Source: Actinomycetota bacterium (GTDB lineage Bacteria; Actinomycetota; UBA4738; HRBIN12). Taken from it: a stretch of DNA of 63,676 bases. Location of the stretch: NCBI GenBank assembly GCA_040880745.1, contig JBBDHX010000051.1:1-63676 (forward strand), written 5' to 3'. Under the pieces are notes generated by a model that saw nothing but the letters and a program-made list of their open reading frames with translations, did not search any database and had not been told where the DNA came from. Shown in pieces: positions 1 through 10,272 of the stretch (positions within the stretch are counted from its first letter, which is position 1; each line of letters begins with the position of its first letter). The position numbers and the translations under genes were made by a program.

Positions 1-41
1 TTCTACGCTCGACCGGGTGTCGAAGACCTGCGTCCGCAGGA

Positions 42-398
42 TCACATCACGTCGACGATGCGCGAGCGATCGCTCGCGCAGAAGCCGTCCATGGCCTCGG
101 CGCGAGGCGTCCACGCGAAGTACTTCCCGTGCGCTTCCATGAGCTCGATGTCCCAACGCCCGGCCGTGTTCGTCCGGTCCCGGCCCTGGAGTTCCGGTCC
201 GTTCACCGTCTTCTTGAACAGCCGGACGACGCGTCCGGCCACGCACTCGGGGTCATCGGACGACACGCTCCCCTTGAAGTGCATGGCGGTGGCGTCGTAG
301 CGAGCCGAGATGGACGTCGGGATCGCGGCGAACGCGACCTGCATCGCCGCGAACGCCATGACTCCACCCACGACCAGCGCGAGCAGTCTCCTGCGCAT
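42..398 (-). CDS. Secreted hypothetical protein (118 aa)
   Basis: Signal peptide MRRRLLALVVGG...AFA; SD AAGGAGGG upstream; two Cys that could form a disulfide. Confidence 0.8.
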   Translation of the reverse strand: MRRRLLALVVGGVMAFAAMQVAFAAIPTSISARYDATAMHFKGSVSSDDPECVAGRVVRLFKKTVNGPELQGRDRTNTAGRWDIELMEAHGKYFAWTPRAEAMDGFCASDRSRIVDVM

Positions 399-428
399 AC
401 GTTCCCCTCCTTGATCGAACGGAGCCGC

Positions 429-461
429 AACGTAGGCCGCAGGCCCTTACGGGAACCTTGC
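429..461 (-). promoter_or_regulatory. Putative -10 (TACGTT) with upstream direct repeat GCAAGG-N5-GTAAGG
   Basis: 11-bp-periodic hexamer repeat resembling an OmpR-family box, upstream of 42..398; inference only. Confidence 0.3.
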
Positions 462-468
462 CTGCCGA

Positions 469-3400
469 TCACGGATCGGGAAACGTTCGGAACCGGAAGG
501 CGCCCGGCGGGATCCAGGTCACGCGGATACCGTTCAGGATGGGGAGCCGCCCGAGGGCATGGATGAACCCCAGGTTGAGGACGCCACCCCGGGACCGAAC
601 GTCGAGGGTCACGTCGTAGGCACGGAACCGTCCCACGGTCCCCGCCAGGTCCAGGTTGTTCACGACCAGGTCTCCCTCAGCCGTGATGTCCATGATCCGT
701 CCGAACTCGCCGACGTCCTGCAGTTCGGCGAACTCGAGCGTCACCCGGTACCTGCCGTCCGGCGCGGTGAACCGGTAGTCGAACGCCCCGACGCGAGCGT
801 CGCGGTACACGCCCTGGTGGTTCGCCTCGGCGATCGCGTGGGCAGAGTGCAGACGCTCGCTGAGCCCGGTCCAGCCGAACGAGCCTTGATGGTACGCCCG
901 GTCACCGACGTAGCGGGTCCCGTCGGGGAACGTGGATCCGTCACCGCCGACGTTCACGAACGCCTCGTACTTGGTGACGAGCAGGTGCACGGGGATGGTC
1001 GTGACTCCCACGTCCGGATCGTCGGTCACGACCGCAACGAGAGCGTCGTGAGAGCCGGCCTTCAACCCGGTGGTGTCGACGTCGATCCTGATCGAGTGCT
1101 GGTCGCCCGGCTCGAGCACTCCCTTCCTCGGGGTGACCCGCAGCCATGGCACGTCGGAGAACGTCGGCAAGCCCGACTCGATGAGGTAGGCGGTGCCTGA
1201 ACGTTGCGAGACGGTCCACAGGTTGCCGGCGGCGTCGAGTTCCAGGCCCGCGCCCTTGTAGCGCCCGCGTCCGGGGTGAGGCAGGCCACCCTGGACATCA
1301 CAGGTGACCGGGTCGATGAGCAGGATGTCGTCGGAACGGGAGTTCGTGGACATCCACAGCAAGCGGAACGCCGGGTTCCAGGCCAGTCCCGAGATGCTCG
1401 GGTCCGGCGGCTGGCACTCGCCGAGCGTCGCGCCGGGGTCCGGCCATGACGGGCCCGCCACGTGGTAGACGATCCCCTCGTTCCAGCCGCCGATGTAGAA
1501 GGTGTCGGTCGCCGCGTCGTAGGCGAGCCCGCGCTGGCTGATGTCACCCCAGCCGGCGCCGGTGACGACGTCGATGACCGCGCCGTCGGCCGGGTCGATC
1601 CCGTAGATCCCGTTGTCGCCACCCACATTCACCTGCCACACGAGCTCCCGTTCGGGGTCCCAGGCCATGTCGGCCGGGAAGGCGTCCACCCAGGGGGTGT
1701 CGAACTCGCCGATCCGCTCGCCGTCCGTGGTGAACTCGGCGTCGAAGACCTCCTCGGCATCGGAGAGCGTCACGACGCCCGGGGTCCGGTACGCCACCCC
1801 CCAGGGGAGACTCATCCCGGTGTCCCACTTCTCCAAGACCTCGCCGACGCGATCGATCCCGATGCCGGGGGACTCGTTCCCCCATCCCTCAGAGGTCAGC
1901 GCGTTGGCGTTCGCACCCTCCGGGAGCGTGATCCCGCTGGGGGGTTCTCCGCCTCCGCCTCCACCGCCGCCTCCGCCTCCTCCGCGTGGGTCGTCCGGCA
2001 GGTCGATCTCGCCGATGGAGAACGTCAGTGGGCGGTGCCCTTGCAGGTTCCCAAGCACGAGCGACCGGCTCGCGTGGTCATCTCGCAGGAGCGTCAGACG
2101 CCACGGACGTGTGCTGATCGAGGCGTGCGGCTGATCGGTGTGGAGCCGGAACCCCTGCTCGTCCAGGGTGCTCCGGGCCACGATCCTCACCGAGCGGTGC
2201 CCGACGACGTAGCCGCCGCGGCGGGCGTGCGCTCCCCAGGTCCCCCTCGGCCCTTGCGCGGACCACCGACCGAACCGATCCGTCGTGGCTCGCACGAGCA
2301 GGGGAGCGCCCTCCCACGTCGTCGCGATCACGACGTGAGCGCCGGCGAGGGGTGCTCCGGAGTGGGCGTCGCGCACCCGTCCGCTCGCGATCCCCCAGCT
2401 GAAGGGTCGTCTCACCGTGAGCCCCACGTCTACCTGCGTCGCACGCTGCGTGGGCGCATCTGCCAGGACGAAGAGCATGCCTTCGTAATCTCCGGGTGGC
2501 AGATCGGTGCTGCCGAGCACCACATCCACCTCGACGCTCTCGCTCGCGGGGAGCACGCCCTCCGCCGGTTCGGCCGACATCCAGGGTGCGTCGGTGAAGC
2601 TCCGGATCGTGCCGTGGCCCTCATCGGGTATCCAGTCCAAGGGTGCCTGCTGATCGCCGATCACACCGGCGATGTCGATATCGCCCTCCTCGTCCGGCCC
2701 GAACGCGGTGAGCGGCACAGCGAACGACACCGTCTGCCCCTGAACCGTTGCGGGGATCACGGCGACCAGCTCGAAGTTGAGGTCCCACAGGGTGACCACC
2801 GGGTCGGCCTCGTTCAGCTGGAAGAGGTCGATGAAGAAGTCGAGTCCCACGTCTTGGCCGGGGAGCCCGTACAGGTATTCCGGCGGATAGCCGGTGTCCG
2901 GATCTTGGTCGGTATCGAGGTAGAGGAACCCGGTCACGTCGTTCATCGGGGTGTCCGCGGAGAAGTCCAGCGCCACCGACATCTCGGCGTTGTCCGATCC
3001 ACCCCGGAGCCCCGTGATCTCGATACTGCCGAGCGAGTCGTCGTCCGGGTCGTCGATCACCGTCTCCAGCGCGCCCGGTGGCAACGCAGCGGGACGGACA
3101 GCGGCGATCCCTCCCGGCAGGTTCGCAGGCGTCCAGGTGGGCTCGCGCACCACGTTGGGCACGGGCGGCAGATCGGGCACGGTCCTGCTGCCATCACGCT
3201 CCAGCACCTGCCACGTCAATGCCGACGTCCCTGTGTTCGCGATGGTCAGGGTCCGCTGCTCGGTGTCGCCGAAGGACACGGTGGCGTCGAACGCGAGCGG
3301 ATCCACCTCCGCCACGGGCGCCTCGAGCACGATGTCGACCACCGCGTCCTCCCCGTCGGTGATGACCACGCCGGGGATCTCTTGCGTCACGTATGCGTCG

Positions 3401-6102
3401 GCGGAGAAGGTGAGCGTGTAGGTCCCCGGTCGCAGGCGGAGCCGGTAGGAACCGTCCTCGTCCGTGGTCGCCGAGCGGCCTCCCGGACTCGCCGTCACGG
3501 TGGCGCCCTGCACCCGCGCGCCGTCGTTCGCGTCGGTGATGATGCCGGCGGCGTGGCCGTTCGGGACCACCTCGTAGCGATAGGCGCTGTTGGGACTCAC
3601 CAGGTCATCGAAGAGCGAGAAGCGCAGCGCGTCGGTGCCGTCTGCGTTCTCGATGCCGATGCCGGCGTTGCGTCCGTCCCCCGGGTTGTCGGGGTTATCG
3701 CCGTACAGGATGTCGATCGCGCCGTTCTCCCAGAGCTTGATCTCGAGGTCGATCCGCGCGGCGTCGGTCCCTGCGTGCGCCGCATCCTCACCGCTGAAGC
3801 GCGGGCCGATGCCGACCTGCTCGTACTCCACCACGAAGGCCCGGTCGGGGGCATCGCCGACCGTTTCGTAACGGATGGCGCTCTCGGCATCGATCTTCAG
3901 GTTCTGCCACAACGCGTAGATGGCGGCGTTGGGATCTTGGACCGAGGGGATCGCGCTCGGTATGGGCTCCGGCCATCCATAGGGCGGAGCCTCGAACGTG
4001 AGGTAGCCGTTGTCGGTGATGTAGACCGCCGAGTAGGTGTCCTCGTAGAAGGGGAACGCGAACGGCAGCGGCAGGCGCCCGACGGTCTGATCGCCGAACA
4101 ACGCCGTGTTCGAGACGGCGTCGACCCAATCGAGATCGATCGCCGAGCAGCCGTGACCGAAGTCGTCCAGGGTCCTCGTGAGGGCCACGTCCTGCACCAG
4201 TCCGTCCAGGCCGAGCGTGACGTCGGTTTCATCGGGGGCGGTGCAGCCGCCGGCGGAGGTGCGGATGGTGAAGTCGCCGATGGGCAACGTGAGCGAGTAC
4301 GTCCCGTCCGCAGCGGTGCGCACAGGAGCCACAGGTGTCCCCAGCGCGCGCACCTCGGCTCCCTTCATCGGCGAGCCGTCCTCCTCCGCGGTCACGGTCC
4401 CGGTGATGTCACGCCGGGGGAGCGGGGTGAGGGAGAAGTCCTGCAGGGTCGTCAGGTCGGTCTGCACCTCCACGCCGGTGGCCAAGCCCGGCTCGTAGCC
4501 GAAGGCGGTCGCTGCGACGGTGTAGGTACCCGCTGCGAGGAACAGTTCGAAGTGACCGGCTGCGTCGGTGGTCGCGGCGAACGTGCGCGCACCGGCCGAC
4601 GCTTCGATGCGAGTGCCGGCGATCGGGTCGGTGCTGTCCGCGTCGGTGACGTCGCCGGCGATCGTGCCACCGGTGGCGACCAGCGCCACCGCCGCAGCCG
4701 CGTCGATGCGGCCATCGCCGTAGACGTTGTTCGGGTCGCCATCGTCATCCCCGCCGCACGAGTCGTCGGCGATGTCCAGCGCGGTGGAGCGCACCGCGTC
4801 GGTGACGGCCGTGACGTCGCCGATGAGCGCGGGCTCGGCCGACATGATCAGGGCGATCGTCCCAGCCGTGTGCGGCGCGGCCATCGACGTGCCGGAGAAC
4901 GACTCGTACCCGTCGCCGGGGACGCTCGAGATGACGTCGACCCCGGGGGCGGCGATGTCGGGGTTGATCTTGCCGAACTCAGAGGGACCGCGGCCGGAGA
5001 AGTCGGCGATGAGGTCGTCCTCGTCGGTGGCACCGGCGCTGAAGGACTCCAGGTAGTCACCGGGCGAGCCGCCGGCGCCGCACTCGGAACCGGGGTTCCC
5101 GCTCGAGAACACCGGCACGATCCCCGCTGCCCGCCACGCGGTCACCAGGTCGAGGTACCACGCGTCCCCGGGACCGCCGCCCCAGGAGTTGTTCACGATG
5201 TCGGGGCGCTTGGACGGGTCGGGGTTCAGGCCGTCCAGGTCGGTGGGCGCCAGGATGAACTCGCCGGCGGAAAGGAGCGAGGTCTCGGTGCAGAAGTACT
5301 CCTCGCATCCCTTGGCCGCGATCCACGTGGCGCCCGGAGCGACCCCGACGTCGGGTGTGAACGGACCGGGTCCGTCACCGCCGACCATCGTGCCCATCGT
5401 GTGGGTCCCGTGCCCGGCGTTGTCGCATGGCGTGTCGCCGCAGATGCCGGTGGGGTCCCACCAGTTGTAGGCGTGATCGAACGTGCCCCCTCCGAGGTTG
5501 CCCCGGTACTGCGCCACGAGGGCCTCGTGGGAGTAGTCGACGCCGGTGTCCACGTTCGCGATGACGATGCCGCTGCCGAGCACACCATCGGCCCACACCT
5601 GGTCGGCGCCGATCTTCGAGATCCCCCACGGCGGTGGCTCCTCCGCGGCCAGCACCACGGCGTGGGCGTCCACGGGCTCCACGAGCGGCTCGACCCTGGG
5701 TGCTCGGACGGCCGTCACTTCAGGCAGCGCCGCGAGCCGGCGGGCAAGGGCGCTGCGGCCGCGCACCGCCATGACGTTGGTGACCCAATAGGTCTGCGCG
5801 GACGCCCCACGGGTGGCGGCTACGAGGTCACGGGCGCGTCCTTGGGATCGGGTGGCGGCCGAGGTCAGCGCCCGGTAGACGGCACGCCCGCGGGTGTCCC
5901 ATGCACGGGCCCCGGCGGCCGTAAAGAGGTCGGCGTCACCGGAGAACTCGACGATGAAGGTGTCCAGCGCGCCGCGGTCGAGCCGCTCCACCAACCCCCG
6001 CTCGATCTTCCTCGCGGCTGCGGCGGAGGCCGCCTCCCGCGGAACGAGGGATCCGATCAGTGCAACCGCGACGAGCGCGAGGACGAGACGACGGCGATCC
6101 AC
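469..6102 (-). CDS. Secreted S8 (subtilisin-like) serine peptidase with carboxypeptidase-regulatory-like/Ig repeats and C-terminal malectin-like domain (~1877 aa)
   Basis: Triad motifs VDTGVD, HGTHTMG, GTSMAAPH; GTG start at 6102 after GGGAGGGAG; signal peptide; C-terminal YRVTLEFAEL...PILNGIRV. Confidence 0.9.
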   Translation of the reverse strand: MDRRRLVLALVAVALIGSLVPREAASAAAARKIERGLVERLDRGALDTFIVEFSGDADLFTAAGARAWDTRGRAVYRALTSAATRSQGRARDLVAATRGASAQTYWVTNVMAVRGRSALARRLAALPEVTAVRAPRVEPLVEPVDAHAVVLAAEEPPPWGISKIGADQVWADGVLGSGIVIANVDTGVDYSHEALVAQYRGNLGGGTFDHAYNWWDPTGICGDTPCDNAGHGTHTMGTMVGGDGPGPFTPDVGVAPGATWIAAKGCEEYFCTETSLLSAGEFILAPTDLDGLNPDPSKRPDIVNNSWGGGPGDAWYLDLVTAWRAAGIVPVFSSGNPGSECGAGGSPGDYLESFSAGATDEDDLIADFSGRGPSEFGKINPDIAAPGVDVISSVPGDGYESFSGTSMAAPHTAGTIALIMSAEPALIGDVTAVTDAVRSTALDIADDSCGGDDDGDPNNVYGDGRIDAAAAVALVATGGTIAGDVTDADSTDPIAGTRIEASAGARTFAATTDAAGHFELFLAAGTYTVAATAFGYEPGLATGVEVQTDLTTLQDFSLTPLPRRDITGTVTAEEDGSPMKGAEVRALGTPVAPVRTAADGTYSLTLPIGDFTIRTSAGGCTAPDETDVTLGLDGLVQDVALTRTLDDFGHGCSAIDLDWVDAVSNTALFGDQTVGRLPLPFAFPFYEDTYSAVYITDNGYLTFEAPPYGWPEPIPSAIPSVQDPNAAIYALWQNLKIDAESAIRYETVGDAPDRAFVVEYEQVGIGPRFSGEDAAHAGTDAARIDLEIKLWENGAIDILYGDNPDNPGDGRNAGIGIENADGTDALRFSLFDDLVSPNSAYRYEVVPNGHAAGIITDANDGARVQGATVTASPGGRSATTDEDGSYRLRLRPGTYTLTFSADAYVTQEIPGVVITDGEDAVVDIVLEAPVAEVDPLAFDATVSFGDTEQRTLTIANTGTSALTWQVLERDGSRTVPDLPPVPNVVREPTWTPANLPGGIAAVRPAALPPGALETVIDDPDDDSLGSIEITGLRGGSDNAEMSVALDFSADTPMNDVTGFLYLDTDQDPDTGYPPEYLYGLPGQDVGLDFFIDLFQLNEADPVVTLWDLNFELVAVIPATVQGQTVSFAVPLTAFGPDEEGDIDIAGVIGDQQAPLDWIPDEGHGTIRSFTDAPWMSAEPAEGVLPASESVEVDVVLGSTDLPPGDYEGMLFVLADAPTQRATQVDVGLTVRRPFSWGIASGRVRDAHSGAPLAGAHVVIATTWEGAPLLVRATTDRFGRWSAQGPRGTWGAHARRGGYVVGHRSVRIVARSTLDEQGFRLHTDQPHASISTRPWRLTLLRDDHASRSLVLGNLQGHRPLTFSIGEIDLPDDPRGGGGGGGGGGGGEPPSGITLPEGANANALTSEGWGNESPGIGIDRVGEVLEKWDTGMSLPWGVAYRTPGVVTLSDAEEVFDAEFTTDGERIGEFDTPWVDAFPADMAWDPERELVWQVNVGGDNGIYGIDPADGAVIDVVTGAGWGDISQRGLAYDAATDTFYIGGWNEGIVYHVAGPSWPDPGATLGECQPPDPSISGLAWNPAFRLLWMSTNSRSDDILLIDPVTCDVQGGLPHPGRGRYKGAGLELDAAGNLWTVSQRSGTAYLIESGLPTFSDVPWLRVTPRKGVLEPGDQHSIRIDVDTTGLKAGSHDALVAVVTDDPDVGVTTIPVHLLVTKYEAFVNVGGDGSTFPDGTRYVGDRAYHQGSFGWTGLSERLHSAHAIAEANHQGVYRDARVGAFDYRFTAPDGRYRVTLEFAELQDVGEFGRIMDITAEGDLVVNNLDLAGTVGRFRAYDVTLDVRSRGGVLNLGFIHALGRLPILNGIRVTWIPPGAFRFRTFPDP
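1948..1983 (-). repeat. (GGN)12 poly-glycine linker inside the S8 protease
   Basis: 12 consecutive Gly codons with mixed third positions. Confidence 0.85.
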
Positions 6103-6215
6103 GATGACTCCCTCCCGGTGTGGGTCACTCATGCCACCAGCCGGCTCGCATGTGACATGGCCGCGGGCCTCTTCCACGGTACGCCCTGGTGCGCTTTCGC
6201 GCGACCCCCATCGGT

Positions 6216-6602
6216 CTAGAACTGCTCGGCGTACTCCTCGTCGGTGACCGGTTCGCCCCACTCCGGCGCGCCACCGCCGTTGACCGCGACATGTGCCATC
6301 GGTGCATCCGGTTCGGCGCCGTGGAAGTGCCACTCCCCGCGTCCTACGCGGATCACGTCGCCGGGCACCAGCACGTGACCGGCCTCGCCCCTCGTGCGGA
6401 CCCGGCCACGGCCGGAGATGCCGAACAGGAACTGCCCACCCGGGTGGCGGTGCCAATGGGTGCGCGCGCCGGCCGCGAAGTGGACGATCCCCAGGTTCGT
6501 CCCCCCGTCGTCGGCGACCGTGGAGCCGAGCGATACCTCCCCGGTGAACCTCCCGGTATCACCCGTGGTGAACGGCCGATCCGAGGCGCGTGAGACGTCC
6601 AT
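6216..6602 (-). CDS. Cupin domain protein (128 aa)
   Basis: GARTHWHRHPGGQ and GEWHFHGA motifs; C-terminal WGEPVTDEEY. Confidence 0.88.
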   Translation of the reverse strand: MDVSRASDRPFTTGDTGRFTGEVSLGSTVADDGGTNLGIVHFAAGARTHWHRHPGGQFLFGISGRGRVRTRGEAGHVLVPGDVIRVGRGEWHFHGAEPDAPMAHVAVNGGGAPEWGEPVTDEEYAEQF

Positions 6603-6613
6603 GACGAGCGATG

Positions 6614-7180
6614 CTAGCCGGTCTTCTGCGCGACCAACTCGAACTCGATGTCGACGGTCTTGCCCACGAACAGTCCGCCGGTCTCTACCAATTGGTTCCA
6701 GGTCATGTCCCAGTCCTCGCGCTCGATCCGCGTCTTCCCGGTCGCGGCGAAGATCATCACGCCTTCCGTGTCGGGACCGGCGCCCTCGTACTCGCAGGAG
6801 AGCGTCACGGGGTTCGTGACGCCCCGCATCGTGAGGTCGCCGTCGAGATCGAACGACGTACCACCGGTCGGACGAACGCCCGTGCTCCGGAACGTCATCT
6901 GCGGGAACTCCTCGACCATGAGGAAGTCGCTCGAGCGCAAGTGGTGATCGCGCGGGGCCAGGTGCGTGAGGATGCTCGCCGCTTCGATCGTGATCTCGAC
7001 GCTCGAGTCGTCCAGCCCCTCGCCCACGACGATCGAGCCGCTGAACTCGGTGAACCGGCCCCGCACCCGGGTGATCATGTGCTTGCATGAGAACCCCAGC
7101 ACCGTGTGACCCGCCTCGAGCGTGTAGGTCCCCGCCGGAGGCATCTGCACCCCGTCGATCGTGCGCGCTGCATCGGCCAT
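6614..7180 (-). CDS. YceI family lipid/polyisoprenoid-binding protein
   Basis: HTVLGFSCKHM..VRGRF, RDHHLRSSDF, GDLTMRGVT motifs; SD GGAGGAAGG. Confidence 0.9.
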   Translation of the reverse strand: MADAARTIDGVQMPPAGTYTLEAGHTVLGFSCKHMITRVRGRFTEFSGSIVVGEGLDDSSVEITIEAASILTHLAPRDHHLRSSDFLMVEEFPQMTFRSTGVRPTGGTSFDLDGDLTMRGVTNPVTLSCEYEGAGPDTEGVMIFAATGKTRIEREDWDMTWNQLVETGGLFVGKTVDIEFELVAQKTG

Positions 7181-7258
7181 GACCTTCCTCCTCCTCGTCG
7201 ATGCCACGAACGGTAAGCGCGGGAGGTCACGAGCGCCACGGCGTAGACACCCGGAGCG

Positions 7259-7280
7259 AGGGTGGTGGTTCCACCACCCT
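7259..7280. promoter_or_regulatory. Perfect inverted repeat AGGGTGGTGG-TT-CCACCACCCT (putative operator)
   Basis: 10-bp arms in the yceI/dioxygenase divergent region, just upstream of -10 TACGGT (7286-7291). Confidence 0.55.
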
Positions 7281-7298
7281 GCCGTTACGGTGCCTTGC

Positions 7299-8108
7299 AT
7301 GAACGAGACGGGGCGCGACTGGGTCCAGACCGACGGGCCGATGCCCGCGCTCTACCTCGGTCACGGGGCGCCACCGCTGCTGGACGATCCCACCTGGACG
7401 TCGGAACTCGCTCGATGGTCGGCCTCCCTGCCGAAACCGAAGGCCGTGTTGATGGTCTCGGCGCACTGGGAGTCGGCGCCGCTCACGCTCGGCGCCACCG
7501 ATGACGCGGTGCCTCTGACCTATGACTTCTACGGGTTCCCGGAGCGGTACTACCGCATGACGTATCCGTCGCCGGGCGCTCCTGACCTGGGGGCGAAGGT
7601 TCGCGCGCTGATGCCGGATGCCGAGCCGGTCGCGCAGGACCCCGACTACGGTTTGGATCACGGCGCGTACGTGCCCTTGATGGTGATGTATCCGGCGGCC
7701 GACGTGCCGGTCCTGCAGATCTCGATGCCGGACCTGGACCCCGAGCACCTGTTCGCGCTCGGACGCCGGCTCCGGCCGCTCCGCGACGAGGGCGTGCTGA
7801 TCGTCGGTTCCGGCTTCCTCACGCACGGGTTGCCGTTCATCCGCGACTTCCGTCCCGAGGCACCACCGCCGACATGGTCGCTCGAGTTCGACACGTGGGC
7901 GCAGGAGTCGCTCGGGCGGGGTGCGGTGGACGCGCTGATGGACTTCCGCCACCAGGCCCCCGGGATGCCCTATGCGCACCCGACCGTGGAGCATTTCGCG
8001 CCGCTGTTCGTGACGCTGGGTGCTGCGGCCGACCCCGAAGCGACGCCCGAAACGACGGTCGAGGGCTTCTTCTACGGCCTCGCGAAGCGGTCGTTCCAGA
8101 TGGCCTGA
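7299..8108 (+). CDS. LigB-family extradiol dioxygenase (4,5-DOPA dioxygenase/YgiD-like)
   Basis: LYLGHGAP, MVSAHW, YDFYGFP, GLDHGAYVPL, GSGFLTH, AHPTVEHFAPL. Confidence 0.92.
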   Translation: MNETGRDWVQTDGPMPALYLGHGAPPLLDDPTWTSELARWSASLPKPKAVLMVSAHWESAPLTLGATDDAVPLTYDFYGFPERYYRMTYPSPGAPDLGAKVRALMPDAEPVAQDPDYGLDHGAYVPLMVMYPAADVPVLQISMPDLDPEHLFALGRRLRPLRDEGVLIVGSGFLTHGLPFIRDFRPEAPPPTWSLEFDTWAQESLGRGAVDALMDFRHQAPGMPYAHPTVEHFAPLFVTLGAAADPEATPETTVEGFFYGLAKRSFQMA

Positions 8109-8205
8109 GCGGGCCGCGACGCAGGAGCGTCGGGGTGCCAGCACACCCGGCGGAGGTGGTCCGTCCCTCCTTCCTTCGGAGGGGGCGCTGGGTGAGGATG
8201 GGTAC

Positions 8206-10272
8206 ATGGCTGCGCTGGGAACTCATCGATCCCGGGTACCGTGGGTCATCGCGGCCGCTGCGGTGCCGATGCTCGTCTTCGAGTTGGTCCTGACCGGTCG
8301 CAACAACGATCTCCATGACTTGAGCGTCTATGTCGCGCTCCTCATGATCCCTGGGTACCTGACCGTGGGAGGACTCGTCGCCTCGCGCGATCCTTCGAAC
8401 CGGCTCGGCTGGCTGATGATGGTCATGGGCATAGGGTTCTTGCTCACCGGGCTCGCCGACGAGTACACCCAGAACGCCTTCGTGACCGACCCAGGGACGC
8501 TGCCCTTCGGGTTCCTCGCGGCATGGCTGAACAACGTGGTGTTGCTGCTCGTCCTCGGGCCGATACCGGTGTTCCTCGCGACGTTCCCGACGGGGCGGCC
8601 TCATTCCTCGCGGTGGAGGTTCCTGCCCGTGGCCACGACCGTGGCCGCCGCCATATCGTTCGTGGCCACGGCGTTCGCCCCCGGCAAGATGGAAGGCGCC
8701 CTACAGATCGAGAACCCGGCGGGAGTGGCGGGACTCCGTGTCCCCCTCGCGATCGCTGCCGGGGTGGGATTCATCGGATTGGTGGTCTTCGCGGTCCTCG
8801 CGGTCGCGGCGCTCGTCCTGCGCTACCTGCGCTCTTCCGGCGAGGAACGCCAGCAGCTGCGCTGGTTCGCCTACACCTCGTCCGCGGCCCTCATCGCCGT
8901 GGTGGGAACCGTGATCACGGCGGACATGGCCCCAGCCCTGAACGGCTTGCTCATCCTGACCTCCTTCGTGCTGCTCGCGGTCGGACTACCCGTCACGGTC
9001 GGGATCGCCATCCTTCGGTACCGGCTTTACGACCTGGACCTCGTGATCAAGAAGGCGGCAGTGTTCGCGGTGCTGGTTGCCGCGTTGTTCGGGGCAGGGG
9101 CTGTCGCCGTGGTGATCGTGTCGAGTCCGGTCGTTGAGCGTCTCTACGGTCTGCCCGCGTACATGCTGCTGTTCGGCGTCGTCATCGGGCTGCTCCTGCT
9201 GCCTCTATACCGGGTGTCTCGGCGTATCGCCGACCGGCTCGTCTACGGCGGCCGCTTGAACCCCTACGACGTGCTCGCGCGTTTCTCGGGAAAGGTCGGC
9301 GAGGCGTACGCGACCGAGGACGTCTTGCCGCGGACCGCGGCGATCGTGCAGCAGGCCGTTGGGGCATCGGTCGCGCGTGTCTGGGTCCTGGTCGGCGGCG
9401 AGCTGCGTGCTCTCGCGGCTTCGCCCGAGGACGCCCCCGCTCGTGATGCGCTCGTCGTCATCGCGGACTCGCTGCCCGCGTTCCCCGGGGAGGATGGTTT
9501 CGAGGTTCGCCACCGGGGTGATCTGTTGGGCGCCCTGTCGGTGGAGATGCCCGCGAACGACCCGATGGGCCCATCGAAGGAGCGTCTGATCCGTGACGTG
9601 GCTACCCAGGCGGGGCTCGTGCTCCGCAACGTCCTGCTCGTCGAGGATCTTCGCGACTCGAGACGGCGTATCGTCGCGGCGCAGGATGAGCGCGCCCGCA
9701 AGCTGGAGCGCGATATCCATGACGGCGCGCAGCAGCAGCTGGTCGCGCTAGCCGTCCAGCTGCGGCTCGTGAGGACGATGGTCGAACGCGATCCGGCGAG
9801 GACGATCGAGATGCTCGAGGATCTCGAGGGCGCTGCCGGCGAAGCACTCGATGATCTCCGGGACCTCGCGCGCGGGATCTACCCACCGTTGCTCGCCGAC
9901 AAGGGGCTCGCCGCAGCCGTCCAGGCCCAGGCCCGGAAGGCGGCGATGCCGGTCGACGTCCGGGCCACGGGCATCGGCCGCTACGAAGAAGACGTCGAGG
10001 CCACCGTGTACTTCTGCACCCTGGAGGCCCTCAACAACGCGGCGAAGTACGCGGCGGCCACCTCGGTCACGGTCTCGCTGGAACAGACGGATGGTCTGCT
10101 CATCTTCAGCGTCACCGACGACGGCTCGGGGTTCGACCGCGCGTCGGTGCCCCGCGGCTCGGGGCTGCAGGGGATGACCGACCGCGTCGAAGCCGTCGGC
10201 GGCGATCTCCGGATCACGAGCCGTCCAGGCGCAGGGACCACGGTGTCGGGCACCGTGCCGGTGCGGTCTTAG
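8206..10272 (+). CDS. Membrane sensor histidine kinase (HisKA_3 type) with GAF-like domain
   Basis: Multiple N-terminal TM helices; [14 protein letters not shown]-box; [23 protein letters not shown]. Confidence 0.92.
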   Translation: MAALGTHRSRVPWVIAAAAVPMLVFELVLTGRNNDLHDLSVYVALLMIPGYLTVGGLVASRDPSNRLGWLMMVMGIGFLLTGLADEYTQNAFVTDPGTLPFGFLAAWLNNVVLLLVLGPIPVFLATFPTGRPHSSRWRFLPVATTVAAAISFVATAFAPGKMEGALQIENPAGVAGLRVPLAIAAGVGFIGLVVFAVLAVAALVLRYLRSSGEERQQLRWFAYTSSAALIAVVGTVITADMAPALNGLLILTSFVLLAVGLPVTVGIAILRYRLYDLDLVIKKAAVFAVLVAALFGAGAVAVVIVSSPVVERLYGLPAYMLLFGVVIGLLLLPLYRVSRRIADRLVYGGRLNPYDVLARFSGKVGEAYATEDVLPRTAAIVQQAVGASVARVWVLVGGELRALAASPEDAPARDALVVIADSLPAFPGEDGFEVRHRGDLLGALSVEMPANDPMGPSKERLIRDVATQAGLVLRNVLLVEDLRDSRRRIVAAQDERARKLERDIHDGAQQQLVALAVQLRLVRTMVERDPARTIEMLEDLEGAAGEALDDLRDLARGIYPPLLADKGLAAAVQAQARKAAMPVDVRATGIGRYEEDVEATVYFCTLEALNNAAKYAAATSVTVSLEQTDGLLIFSVTDDGSGFDRASVPRGSGLQGMTDRVEAVGGDLRITSRPGAGTTVSGTVPVRS

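Noticed and set aside
399-468. Possible c-di-GMP-I riboswitch upstream of the secreted protein
   Set aside because: Only short word matches; lacks the GAAA tetraloop/receptor layout and is too short
1948-1983. Gly repeat as a phase-variable tract
   Set aside because: Mixed in-frame codons indicate a protein linker
1462-6219. 1585-aa plus-strand ORF and many other long overlapping ORFs
   Set aside because: Antisense or alternate-frame shadows of high-GC genes; Arg/Gly/Pro-rich with no motifs
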